Assembly: GCA_044870765.1 (NCBI GenBank)
Contig: JBIOZG010000043.1
Span: 1-64,000 of the forward strand
DNA length: 64,000 bases
Direction of reading: 5' to 3'
Source: Nitrososphaeraceae archaeon
GTDB lineage: Archaea > Thermoproteota > Nitrososphaeria > Nitrososphaerales > Nitrososphaeraceae
The notes under the pieces are model-generated. The model made no database searches. It had not been told where the DNA came from and saw only the letters and a program-made list of their open reading frames with translations. Below, in pieces: positions 49,305-59,059 of the stretch. The translations under genes and the position numbers were made by a program. The stretch's first letter is position 1. The number at the start of each line of letters is the position of its first letter.

Positions 49305-50252
49305 CTAGACGTATTTTCTAGGGATTATTCTCAGAAGTGTCTGTGTTGCAAGTGCTCCCTCTCTGTAATCACCATTTTTAAGTGAAACTTCCACAATGTC
49401 CATTCCCACCAAATTTGCTGAATCGTCAATACTTTTAATTATCTTTAGTATTTCAAAGGGATCCAATCCAAATGGTTCTGGGGTTCCTGTGCAGGGAACA
49501 TAAGGCAAGTCATAAACATCGATGTCAAATGATATGTAGACGTTTCTCTTAGAGGTGACCTTAGATATATATTCAGTTACATTATCTATATTATTTTTTA
49601 TTTCCCATGGATCAAATGTAACAATGCCATTTTTCTCTGCAAAGTTATTTTCCTCCTTGTCGGTCTGTCTGATGCCTATTTGTATTATGTTTTTACCCTT
49701 GATGTATCCTTCATCTATGAGTCTATAAAACGGAGTAGTATGACAGAGTTTCGAACCTTCATATTCAGGTTTTAAATCGCGATGCGCATCAAAGTGAATC
49801 AACAGTGGCTGACTTTCAGAAAGACCTTTGAAACAAAAATACGTGATGGTGTGTTCGCCTCCCAACATAAACGGCTTCTTTTTTGTCCTTTCAAGTTCTC
49901 TCACCAGGACTGGAATATTCTCATCTAAAAACGCAAAGACCGAATCTACTTTACCTTCATGATAGGGAATCTTAATATCCCCCAGATCAAAGATTTTTGC
50001 AACATCCCCTATATCTTTTTTTTCATCATAAACATATGTTTCAATTTGACGAGCAGAAGTAGTCCTAATGGCCTCAGGGCCTTGACTAGTTCCCTTTCCA
50101 AATGATGTTGTCATCTCTAGTGGAACACCAAAAAACACAATATTTGCATCATTAAATGTAATGTTCGCATCGATATCACCAAAGGAACATGCAGCTTCGG
50201 TCCTCTCCGGAGTAATAAAGAAAGAATCTAAAATATCGAAAATATTTGTCAA
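49305..50252 (-). CDS. speB: Agmatinase (ureohydrolase family)
   Basis: GGEHTIT, HFDAHRD, SFDIDVYD....P.TGTPEPFG. Confidence 0.88.
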   Translation of the reverse strand: MTNIFDILDSFFITPERTEAACSFGDIDANITFNDANIVFFGVPLEMTTSFGKGTSQGPEAIRTTSARQIETYVYDEKKDIGDVAKIFDLGDIKIPYHEGKVDSVFAFLDENIPVLVRELERTKKKPFMLGGEHTITYFCFKGLSESQPLLIHFDAHRDLKPEYEGSKLCHTTPFYRLIDEGYIKGKNIIQIGIRQTDKEENNFAEKNGIVTFDPWEIKNNIDNVTEYISKVTSKRNVYISFDIDVYDLPYVPCTGTPEPFGLDPFEILKIIKSIDDSANLVGMDIVEVSLKNGDYREGALATQTLLRIIPRKYV

Positions 50253-50319
50253 TTTGCCTAAATGAATGATGGAATCTTATTATTATATTTATTTTTAAAG
50301 CAAACTGATGATAACAATT

Positions 50320-53043
50320 CTAATTTGACCAGAACAATTCATCCAAGTTGCTCTGTCTTGGTTTACCAATTATGGATTTGAAATTTACGTCCAGGGCAGT
50401 TAATAGCTGGTCAAAAGTTGTTTCCATTGCCTCCAAGTATTTTTCAGTATCTATTTCTTTATGGGTTGCTAATTCAACTGGCTTGACCCCTTCAGCAGTC
50501 TTTGTTTTTACATAAGAGATTATGTCACCTGCCTTAATTTCTCTACCATTATCGGAGAACTGCATTGCAGCCTTTATGTGCTGAGGAATTCCCTTGATTG
50601 AATTCGTATAGGAATCACGGCCATCTATTGATGTTATTCTAACAGTTTCATTTGTCTTTTTGCCATATTTTTCTGGAGACTTGTTTATCATGACATTAAA
50701 AGAAAGTTCCTCCAAAGGATATTTGTCTGTCTCTAATTTTTTTGCGCTGTCTTTAATAAGTTCTTTAATTTTCTCTCTAGCAGTATCAAAGTCCTTTTCT
50801 GTATTGACTTTACCCAATATTTCTAGCATATCATAAAATGTTTTTCTAATAAAAGCCGGAGTGTGAGACTTTTTGCCAGTCAGGCCTTTTACATCAACCG
50901 TTCCGTCCTTCAAGACGCCTAGGTAATTTTTCTTGAGGTTGTTAAATACGACATAGCGATACTCTTTGTCCAGTTCAAGATCTACTCCCTCATTGGCTTT
51001 TGCCCATTTTGAAATTTCATCTACCTTTCCTTCAGAAGGATTTCGTAAAAACAATGAATCGGTATCTCCGTACACAACTTCTATGCCAGATTCTTTGCAT
51101 TTCTGTATTGTACTGGTAATAATATTTCTTCCAATAGCTGCGGTGGCATCGGCAACTGGCAGACAGTACAGCGGAAATATTTCAGCTCCCATAACACCAT
51201 AGCTTGCATTTAGAATAACTTTAATTGCCTGACTAACAACTGTGTATAGTTGGCGTTCCTCTGGCGAGATTGTTTTATCTTTTGAAAGTTGTTTATAGTA
51301 GTTAACTCGAAGATCTCTCAGTGACCCTATTAGAAGGGAGGTTATTCCTTTCTTCTGATTGCATGTCCAGTAATCAGTATCAGGAATTTTTTGATTGGGA
51401 TCTTCCCTGCATGACTCATGTGGACAGTTTACTGTTTCATACGATAGATTATGGACCTTTATAATGCTAGGATACAGACTGGCAAAGTCAAGCACTGATA
51501 CGTTGAAGTGGATTCCTGGCGTCGGCTCTACCACAAGTCCTCCCCTATACTTTTTTTCTTTAATAATTGCTGACGAAGAAGCCTGTCCCTTGAACCGGAG
51601 CTCTTCACTCTGAGGAATCAGCGCGTTAATCTTTCTGTGCTCATAATACAACATTCCCCTTATCCATTGGTTGACACCCACTCTAGAGAGGTCTTCAACA
51701 GAAAGTCGAGATATTCTGGCAATTACAAACAGAAGTTTCAGCAAGAGACTGTCATTGAAGTTTGTAAGTCTAAAAGTTAATTCAGTGTCCTTAAGGCAGT
51801 ATTGAGCCAATTTCTGAATAGGCAGATCACTGATGTTTCCATCAAATTCGATTTTAGTATCATTAAGTAGTGCTTCTGATATTGCATTAAGCCTAAATTC
51901 CGAATATTTATGACTAAAGGCGTAAATTTGAATCGACCTATTTTGAAATGTTCTAAATAAATCAATATGAACTCCATGTTTTAGCTGAACTGGTTCTGTC
52001 TGGATTCCTTTCTTTACGAATGAATCCCTCTTTACCACTAGAGGGATTTCTTCTTTTGGTATAATGCTATGGTTAACAGGATCAATTTCAGGATCTTGAG
52101 ACCTCTCATAAAGGTATGGAAGATCAAAATCATCACCATTAAAGGTAACTAATACGCTATATGACCAGATTACATGGAATGTTTTTTCTAAAAGCTCTTT
52201 TTCAGTCTTGCACATTTCTGCTTCTGGTATTAACTCTGTTCCATCGTTGGGATTTTTGTCTTGATCAAGAAGAAATATTTTTCGTAATCCATCATTTGAT
52301 ACGATACCAACTGCAGTAATTTTTCTGTCGTGTTCTCGCGGAACAGGCATTCGCCCCTCTTCTGAATCTACTTCAATATCAAGGGCTATTCTTTTAATTT
52401 CGGGTATGGGTTGATTCAGTAAATCTGCCCATTCTCTCACGTATTCTCGATACTTGTCATTTCTTGCCTCTTTGCTTTCGAGGATTTTATCCCAGAGAAA
52501 ATTTTTAAGGGCATTGTGTACTATTTCGGACATTTTATACGGGTCTTCTACTATTTGGTCTCCTTTCCTCGTATAGTATGAACCTGGAATTAATCCGGTA
52601 TCATAAAGGTAGTTTTCATGATATTTGATGTTGGCTTCCCAAACATTGAGTTTTTCTCTAATGCCACCCTTTCCACCTATTGACAGAGGGTCAGGAGCTA
52701 TTATTTTTATTGCTTGAATTTCTTTGTCCAGCATTAGATCTAATTTTGGTATTATTTTTAACTGGAATTTCTTTTCAATTGCTGCGATTTCTTCCGCCCT
52801 TGCCTTGTTTTCCAATTTAGTATAACAATAAGGTTTATGGTCCGTTTTATCTTGCCAAAAGTAAATCACGTGCAAAGTAGGATCGTAAAATTTCAGTTGA
52901 ACTTTCTGGTTTTCACCAGAATAAATTGCTGATATTAACATGACACGAGTATTTTCTGGAAGCTCCTTCCAATAGCTCAGATTCTGTTTATCATTTTGAA
53001 GAAGGGGCGATTGATCCATATGACTCACTGGGATTAGTTTCAA
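50320..53043 (-). CDS. polB: Family B DNA polymerase (PolB1)
   Basis: ExoI DIEV, FNGDDFD, DFASLYPSII, KVILNASYG, YGDTDS, KKNY. Confidence 0.96.
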   Translation of the reverse strand: MKLIPVSHMDQSPLLQNDKQNLSYWKELPENTRVMLISAIYSGENQKVQLKFYDPTLHVIYFWQDKTDHKPYCYTKLENKARAEEIAAIEKKFQLKIIPKLDLMLDKEIQAIKIIAPDPLSIGGKGGIREKLNVWEANIKYHENYLYDTGLIPGSYYTRKGDQIVEDPYKMSEIVHNALKNFLWDKILESKEARNDKYREYVREWADLLNQPIPEIKRIALDIEVDSEEGRMPVPREHDRKITAVGIVSNDGLRKIFLLDQDKNPNDGTELIPEAEMCKTEKELLEKTFHVIWSYSVLVTFNGDDFDLPYLYERSQDPEIDPVNHSIIPKEEIPLVVKRDSFVKKGIQTEPVQLKHGVHIDLFRTFQNRSIQIYAFSHKYSEFRLNAISEALLNDTKIEFDGNISDLPIQKLAQYCLKDTELTFRLTNFNDSLLLKLLFVIARISRLSVEDLSRVGVNQWIRGMLYYEHRKINALIPQSEELRFKGQASSSAIIKEKKYRGGLVVEPTPGIHFNVSVLDFASLYPSIIKVHNLSYETVNCPHESCREDPNQKIPDTDYWTCNQKKGITSLLIGSLRDLRVNYYKQLSKDKTISPEERQLYTVVSQAIKVILNASYGVMGAEIFPLYCLPVADATAAIGRNIITSTIQKCKESGIEVVYGDTDSLFLRNPSEGKVDEISKWAKANEGVDLELDKEYRYVVFNNLKKNYLGVLKDGTVDVKGLTGKKSHTPAFIRKTFYDMLEILGKVNTEKDFDTAREKIKELIKDSAKKLETDKYPLEELSFNVMINKSPEKYGKKTNETVRITSIDGRDSYTNSIKGIPQHIKAAMQFSDNGREIKAGDIISYVKTKTAEGVKPVELATHKEIDTEKYLEAMETTFDQLLTALDVNFKSIIGKPRQSNLDELFWSN

Positions 53044-53116
53044 ATATGAAAAAAGGATAATTATCTTTTGCTACTGGAACATAATTTTGTAAGATAAATT
53101 GTGTTTTGCAGTAGGG

Positions 53117-54079
53117 CTAGATAGTTATCATGTTGCCATCTTTTTCTTTTCTTTTAATGGCAAAAATGCCCACAGCGTATAGCCCAATCATTGGTAGTGC
53201 AACAAACCACATTGTTACACCGCTTCCATCTGGTGTTATTACAGCACCAAAGATTGTAATGATTATTATTGCATATCTAAAGTTTTTTTGCCAGAACCTT
53301 GAATCTGTCAGACCACTCAAAGATAGTCCATACATTAATACTGGAAGCTGAAAGGCTATGCCAAAACTCAATATGAATTGAAGTACAAATGTTATAAAAT
53401 CATCGACCGTCAGAAATGTCTCGGCGCCAATTGATTCTCCATATTTGTAGAGAAAGTTGAGTGTAAATGGGATTACAAAAATGTAGCAGAATACTACACC
53501 GAATATGAATAAGACAAATATTGGCAGGATTATTTTGAGGATCTTTGATTTTGAAAATGGCAAGCTGATTTTTTTGCCTTGTTCTGCTATCGATTCCTCA
53601 TAGCTTTGTATAACATCATTAGAATCTTGTTCGCCTAATGCCGCTGCTCCTTTATCTTTAGTTTTTCTTTTGCTTAATACTTGATTAAATGCCGGGGAAA
53701 AGAACCCAAATATTTCCCTGATGACGACGGGAAGGGAACAAATCAAACCTATTAGCAAGGAAATGTGAACCTGTGCAAAGAACACTTGACCGGGGGCTGT
53801 TTGGATAAACTCTACCTCCGGCGGAAGTAACGTATCCTTCATAAAAACTGTCAACTGGAGGGCTATGTTGTCAAAGGGGGCTGGATATGGATAGTATATC
53901 GTTAAATTATTTTGCTGTCCTCCTGCATCCAGCGATGGAAGTTCAATTGGTATGACTGCCGACTTTATACCAAAACTCATTGAAAAGATAGTGATTATAG
54001 CGATGCAAATTACGATATGAATTATTCTAATTCGTAATTCATCGATATGTTCACCTATTGACATTCCAGATGAAGACAT
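53117..54079 (-). CDS. tatC: Twin-arginine translocase TatC
   Basis: HIDELRIR, FFSPA, FGIAFQLP, ITPD. Confidence 0.93.
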   Translation of the reverse strand: MSSSGMSIGEHIDELRIRIIHIVICIAIITIFSMSFGIKSAVIPIELPSLDAGGQQNNLTIYYPYPAPFDNIALQLTVFMKDTLLPPEVEFIQTAPGQVFFAQVHISLLIGLICSLPVVIREIFGFFSPAFNQVLSKRKTKDKGAAALGEQDSNDVIQSYEESIAEQGKKISLPFSKSKILKIILPIFVLFIFGVVFCYIFVIPFTLNFLYKYGESIGAETFLTVDDFITFVLQFILSFGIAFQLPVLMYGLSLSGLTDSRFWQKNFRYAIIIITIFGAVITPDGSGVTMWFVALPMIGLYAVGIFAIKRKEKDGNMITI

Positions 54080-54237
54080 TAAGATGTTCGCAATTAGGCA
54101 ATCAGGATATAATAATTATATTGATGCGAGTTTGTGCTATTGTTTACAGAACGTATTGAATCAACTTGTGAGGAGATCAATTGGCTCGATAATTTCATAT
54201 CTAAATCCTTTTAGAAGGTGAAAACCAATAGCTGTTC

Positions 54238-54555
54238 ATGCAATATCACAAGGCTTCTATTCTTGGTCATGAACGATCTAAAAAGGCGCAGCTAAAGCTA
54301 TTTGATTACACTGGATATGCCATGTTAACGTACACCACAAAACAAGATGGCAATGGGTTTGCTCCTGTTGGTGAAGAAATGCTAGTAGCTAAAATGGAAA
54401 GGGAAGCTGGGGCCATGCTGTTTCTGTGTGATAATGATGGTTACGCCAAGGCCCAATCAAAACCGTTACCAAAAGATAAAGCCGAAGAAGCATATAAAAA
54501 AATGTTAAATGACGGCATTCCTGAATTTAAGGGTCAGATAAAGACAGTTTCATAA
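54238..54555 (+). CDS. Hypothetical protein
   Basis: 105-aa ORF in an isolated gap with a protein-like composition. Confidence 0.75.
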   Translation: MQYHKASILGHERSKKAQLKLFDYTGYAMLTYTTKQDGNGFAPVGEEMLVAKMEREAGAMLFLCDNDGYAKAQSKPLPKDKAEEAYKKMLNDGIPEFKGQIKTVS

Positions 54556-54757
54556 TTTTGTAGCTCGGAATTGCTGACGCACATTATGAGGCAGTGGAAT
54601 ATTTAATGAACCACAATTCGAGTTTGTATATTATATTATACTCTAAATCTAAAACATGAGCGTTACTCTTTACAATAACTTTCAAAACAATGTATTGCGA
54701 TAATTGCGATAAGTTATGAACTCCACTAATAGCATACCTAGAGAATATCAAACGAAG

Positions 54758-55465
54758 CTAAGTAGTAATCTTTGTTCCACTTTGACTATTTTTCATTACA
54801 AGGTTCCTAATGACTCTGGGGTCTGATTTTATGACCCATGTAGGAATTTTGGATCTCTCTATTACCTTTAATGCAACTATATCCATAAGATCGTAACTTC
54901 CTGCCTGGGTGCTCTCAGTATTCAAGAGGTCCATGCATTTTTTTATCGTAATTTCTTTGAACATTTTTGCTTTAGGATTCTTGTTTGGATCAGAATCATA
55001 AATTCCGTTTACATCTGTTGCATTTAGGAATCTGTCAGCTTTAATTTTTTCGCAAATAAGCGCCGATGTGGCGTTTGTACTCTGACCTGGATGAAGACCG
55101 CCACTGACTATTATTTTTCCTGATTCACAGGCAATACTCATTTCTTCAAGGTTGGTAGGAATAACGGGATAAACAGAATCTCCTAGGGCTGCAGACAGTA
55201 ACTTTGCATTTAACCTCGATATTTCAATACCCATTATGTCAAGACTACTTTCATCAGAACCCAGTGACCTTGCCAGGTTAACATAATTCCTGGCAATTAT
55301 TCCACCTCCAGATACTACAATTGGTTGCACCCTGGTTTGCATTTCAAGTAAAAGTCGAGCGTATTGCCTCAGCGATTGAGATGTAGTCTTGAAATTAAAA
55401 ACGCTACCACTTAATTTTATGACTAGAATTTTCTTCTTTTGTTTTAATGTCTGGGAATTCTTCAT
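54758..55465 (-). CDS. pyrH: Uridylate kinase
   Basis: IKLSGS, VSGGG..AR.Y, GLHPGQST, TDVNGIYDSDP. Confidence 0.95.
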   Translation of the reverse strand: MKNSQTLKQKKKILVIKLSGSVFNFKTTSQSLRQYARLLLEMQTRVQPIVVSGGGIIARNYVNLARSLGSDESSLDIMGIEISRLNAKLLSAALGDSVYPVIPTNLEEMSIACESGKIIVSGGLHPGQSTNATSALICEKIKADRFLNATDVNGIYDSDPNKNPKAKMFKEITIKKCMDLLNTESTQAGSYDLMDIVALKVIERSKIPTWVIKSDPRVIRNLVMKNSQSGTKITT

Positions 55466-56703
55466 TGCTTTTCGGGTAGCTCCTTATCTAACACATCTTT
55501 TGATATTTTTGTAATTTTTTTTCGATCCTTATGGTTGGTATATACCCTTATCATATCAAGATAACCTGTTATTGAGTTTACCAAAGGCAGATTAGAAACT
55601 GGTTGTTTAAAGAATTCGTCCTCGCTAACAAGAAGTATTGATTTCATTTCTTGCTTGTTTGGCGCAAGTGGCACTAGTGAAATGCCATACGTATCAAGAA
55701 AAATTTTTTTCTCATCAATATTAGCCAATCTTGCAATTTCCAATCTCAATTCTTCAATTTTATCTCTATTTAACTTTGTATAATTGTCTCGTTTTCGAAT
55801 AAATCTTTCATAAACACATTTGAGTAACCTCCTATCCAAATAATTGGAAATCATTTCTTGTGCAACTTTGTTATTTTGTGATGATGAGATGCTGCAAATT
55901 ATGCTTTCATCTGTTAGGTTAAGATAATCAGTCAACGATAATCCTCTTAGGTTCAATATATCACTTGAGAGCAAGATAGAGTGCAATAGCATGACTTCAG
56001 CAGATCGAACTGTCTTGTGAAAATAGACTGCCCGGAACATCTCAAAACGGGAAATTATCATTGATTCAAAAGAGTAAAAGGATGAGATGTCCAAAGCTAG
56101 GCTTTTACTATCAGTTACCCTGAATGAATTAATAATCCTGTTATAATCGACTTTTCCGTACTCCACTCCCGTAAAGAATCCATCTCGAGGAAGATAATCC
56201 ATAAGGTCCGACGAAAGACTTCCTGAAATTATTTCATTTTTGAATTTCACTTTTGAATTACCAAAAGAAATCTCACTTATCGTTTGCGGAGAAAAGCCAT
56301 AATCAGAAAGAATATCACCTAATTCAGTCTTACATATTATTTTGGCCCCAAGAGTTTCATGATTACTGTTGCCTGTAACCTTTAGTGCTTCTTCAAAGAG
56401 ATGTGAAAAAGGTCCATGACCAATGTCGTGTAGTAGAGATGCTACTCGCAACTCCTGAATTGATTCTTTGTCTATTACCCCTATAGAAAATAGATGTTCT
56501 CCTGCCAAGCCTGCCACATGCATTGTTCCTAAAGAGTGTTCAAACCGTGAATGTTGGGCTGCCGGATAAACCAGATGAGCGCCCGCCAATTGTTTAATTC
56601 TTCTTAATCGTTGAAAAACGTTTGAATCAATTATCCTTTTTTCGAGCTCTGTAAACCTGATAAACTTGTGAATAGGATCGGTTATTTCTCCAACGAATTT
56701 CAT
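55462..56703 (-). CDS. HD-domain phosphohydrolase (SAMHD1/dNTPase-like)
   Basis: DPIH, FQRLRRIKQL, HSRFEHSLG, LLHDIGHGPFSH, DYLPRD, VYFHK. Confidence 0.92.
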   Translation of the reverse strand: MKFVGEITDPIHKFIRFTELEKRIIDSNVFQRLRRIKQLAGAHLVYPAAQHSRFEHSLGTMHVAGLAGEHLFSIGVIDKESIQELRVASLLHDIGHGPFSHLFEEALKVTGNSNHETLGAKIICKTELGDILSDYGFSPQTISEISFGNSKVKFKNEIISGSLSSDLMDYLPRDGFFTGVEYGKVDYNRIINSFRVTDSKSLALDISSFYSFESMIISRFEMFRAVYFHKTVRSAEVMLLHSILLSSDILNLRGLSLTDYLNLTDESIICSISSSQNNKVAQEMISNYLDRRLLKCVYERFIRKRDNYTKLNRDKIEELRLEIARLANIDEKKIFLDTYGISLVPLAPNKQEMKSILLVSEDEFFKQPVSNLPLVNSITGYLDMIRVYTNHKDRKKITKISKDVLDKELPEKQ

Positions 56704-56735
56704 ATCGTGTAAATAGAATTGAACACCACACTGAA

Positions 56736-57323
56736 TTAAATTTTCACGGTATTTCTTACTATTCTAAGTACCTGACTATGAACATCGTCGACTGATTTTT
56801 CTCCGTCAATAACATACCACTTGAATTTTTTTGCAAGAACTCTGTATGACTTTTTTACTTTGCGAATTAACTCGAGGTCTTTTTCAAAAGTATCAATGAC
56901 ACTATTTTTAGATCTAGTAACCAGTGTATCTGTCTTGATATCTATGACTATTACAAGATCTGCTTTTGGTAATCCTTCATCCAACGCAACAAGCCAGTCT
57001 AACTCCAATCCCTTTGAGACTCCATATACCAGATTGGATTGATAGTATCTGTTCATGATAATTGTGGTCCCTTTGGCAAGTACACTGTCTATTTCGGTCT
57101 TTTTCTCCCATCTGTTTGCAGAAAGAAGCATCATTTTCACCTGATCTGAATAAACTCTTTTACCATCAAGAAATTGCTTTATCTCTTTACCAATTGGAGT
57201 AGTATAATCGGGGAAATCAAATTTGACACACTTGCTTTTGAATTTCCTCATTAGTAAATTTGCCTGTGTTGTTTTGCCTGCCTTGTCAATTCCTTCTATT
57301 ACAATGATCTTACCCTTACGCAA
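56736..57323 (-). CDS. tmk: Thymidylate kinase
   Basis: IVIEGIDKAGKTTQ, FPDY, ANRWE, RY..S...Y; TTG at 57323 is the likely start. Confidence 0.93.
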   Translation of the reverse strand: MRKGKIIVIEGIDKAGKTTQANLLMRKFKSKCVKFDFPDYTTPIGKEIKQFLDGKRVYSDQVKMMLLSANRWEKKTEIDSVLAKGTTIIMNRYYQSNLVYGVSKGLELDWLVALDEGLPKADLVIVIDIKTDTLVTRSKNSVIDTFEKDLELIRKVKKSYRVLAKKFKWYVIDGEKSVDDVHSQVLRIVRNTVKI

Positions 57324-57540
57324 ACACTTTGTTTGAAATGAGTCATAAATAAAAAGTATGTTAAAATCAATTAAGAAACAATAGCAATCCACTCCTCTTG
57401 CCTACCAAGCTTGTACAAGTTAATCTATTTGCTTTGTAATCGTCCTGTACGTGAGTTCGTCAAATCTCAAAGTTTTTTCTTATTTCTGATTGCTTCATTC
57501 ACTCAAACTTGTAAAGTAAAGCAGTTCAGCTTGAGAGACT

Positions 57541-57999
57541 TTATCCACAGTCAATATTCCCTTCGAAACTTCCTTTCCAACCTGAGTCAGCTCGAACTTG
57601 GACTTTTCCGTTATTTCCGCAGTCGCCATGGATTGAAATGTTTGCCTTTTTATCTAATCCACAAATATTACTTGTCGTCTCTTTACCTTCTAAATCATAG
57701 TTTTTCTTGTCTATTTTTCCAGAATCAAGGTAGCCGCCATTGCTTGTCTTATCATCAGAAGAGTCATCAAGAACTACTTCCCAACTTCCATAGATAGGAG
57801 AATCTTTCAAAAATGCACTGAATGAAAGTTCGCCCTTTTCTGACTTGCCGCCAGGACAACTGATTGTGCCATCTCCATTTCCCGATGTCTCCAATCCATG
57901 AGCTACATGAGCTACATGAGCTACAGTAGCGGCAGAAAACAAGGTAACCATGAAAAGTAGTAATACTTTTACTTTAATTCCATCCACTAAATTCATCAT
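57541..57999 (-). CDS. Secreted hypothetical protein with four Cys
   Basis: Hydrophobic leader followed by a Gly/Ser/Asp-rich beta domain; ATG at 57999 or 57996 preferred over 58071. Confidence 0.65.
   Translation of the reverse strand: MMNLVDGIKVKVLLLFMVTLFSAATVAHVAHVAHGLETSGNGDGTISCPGGKSEKGELSFSAFLKDSPIYGSWEVVLDDSSDDKTSNGGYLDSGKIDKKNYDLEGKETTSNICGLDKKANISIHGDCGNNGKVQVRADSGWKGSFEGNIDCG
57897..57925. repeat. 9-bp tandem repeat (CATGAGCTA x3) encoding VAH x3
   Basis: Exact triplication at the predicted signal cleavage region. Confidence 0.9.
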
Positions 58000-58288
58000 T
58001 CTGTCTGGAATGCAAAATAATTTATATATTATGTAGAGTGGTTCCAGATCATAAATAGGAAAAAATGACACGAATCATTTAATACTTGACAATATCTTAA
58101 TAAAGTTTATCATTGATGATTATCATCGCCGACTATCTTTTGATCCGTCTAAATTTATTATGTATTCTGTGATTCTAGAAGAATAATTGGCAAAAGTATG
58201 CACCTATAATACAAATTTTATATTGGATCTTCCAGTTTTTATATCTTCAAGTTATTATAAAGGATCGATGAATTACGTGTGAACTAAA

Positions 58289-58852
58289 ATGGCACAGATG
58301 CCGACTCTAATTCCAAAAGAAGTAGAAATCCAGAGATTAAAGAAAATCTACATTATGGTCATTATGCTGGGTTCAATCGCAGCATCCGTAGAAGTAGATA
58401 ACTTTGTTGATGGATCTCTTCATCAAACCGCAATTAGAGACAGCGCATTTACACCAGCTCATTGGTGGTTATACAGTCACTTTATAGCCTTACCGTTAGG
58501 TTGGGGATTTGTGGCAATGTATGACAGAAGGGTACCCGTACTGAGGGGTCCTGGAAACTCAATGAACACTGGTCTAAAGATAACCATCATAGGCTATCTT
58601 GCAACCATGTTTACAATTGGTGTAAATGAATTGTGGCACTTTTGGTTTGTGGAAGAAATTTTCTCAGTTCCAAACCACTGGATGTTTAACATGGGAGTCG
58701 TAGTGGCTTTCATGGGTGCTCTCGCATACGTAGTAAGAGTATACGCACGTCTAGTAGAATTGGGCGCTGAAACTCCTGGAAAGAACCCATACGTGGCTGA
58801 AATGTACAAGCTTGCACTTGAAGGAAAGCTGTACAGCAGATCTATTCCATAA
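58289..58852 (+). CDS. amoC: Ammonia monooxygenase subunit C, solitary copy
   Basis: MAQMP..IPKEVEIQRLKK N-terminus, D-x3-H-x12-H metal site (DGSLH...PAH), WHFWFVEEIFSVPNHW. Confidence 0.97.
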   Translation: MAQMPTLIPKEVEIQRLKKIYIMVIMLGSIAASVEVDNFVDGSLHQTAIRDSAFTPAHWWLYSHFIALPLGWGFVAMYDRRVPVLRGPGNSMNTGLKITIIGYLATMFTIGVNELWHFWFVEEIFSVPNHWMFNMGVVVAFMGALAYVVRVYARLVELGAETPGKNPYVAEMYKLALEGKLYSRSIP

Positions 58853-58894
58853 GCTAACTGTCACACTGTCGATAAAAGCAGGAAAAAGACGACC

Positions 58895-58908
58895 TTTTTT
58901 TTCTTTTT
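58895..58908 (+). terminator. Poly-T terminator downstream of amoC
   Basis: TTTTTTTCTTTTTT about 45 nt after the stop codon. Confidence 0.5.
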
Positions 58909-59059
58909 TAAAAATAACTCCTAGTGGACAGTATGGCCTCTACAAAGTTTCACATTTGATTTTTGTATCCATTAATGCACTGCACCATGTGAAATGCAAT
59001 TTATCAAGGCCGACTATATTTGATAATATTCTTATATAGAAATATGCATTAAACAGTAG

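Noticed and set aside
54556-54757. Possible sRNA (CTCGGAATTG...CAATTCGAG pairing; TTGCGATAA x2)
   Set aside because: No properly ordered C/D or H/ACA boxes and only weak pairing; insufficient support.
57411-57797. 128-aa plus-strand ORF
   Set aside because: Overlaps the better-supported secreted protein on the minus strand and has an unnatural composition.
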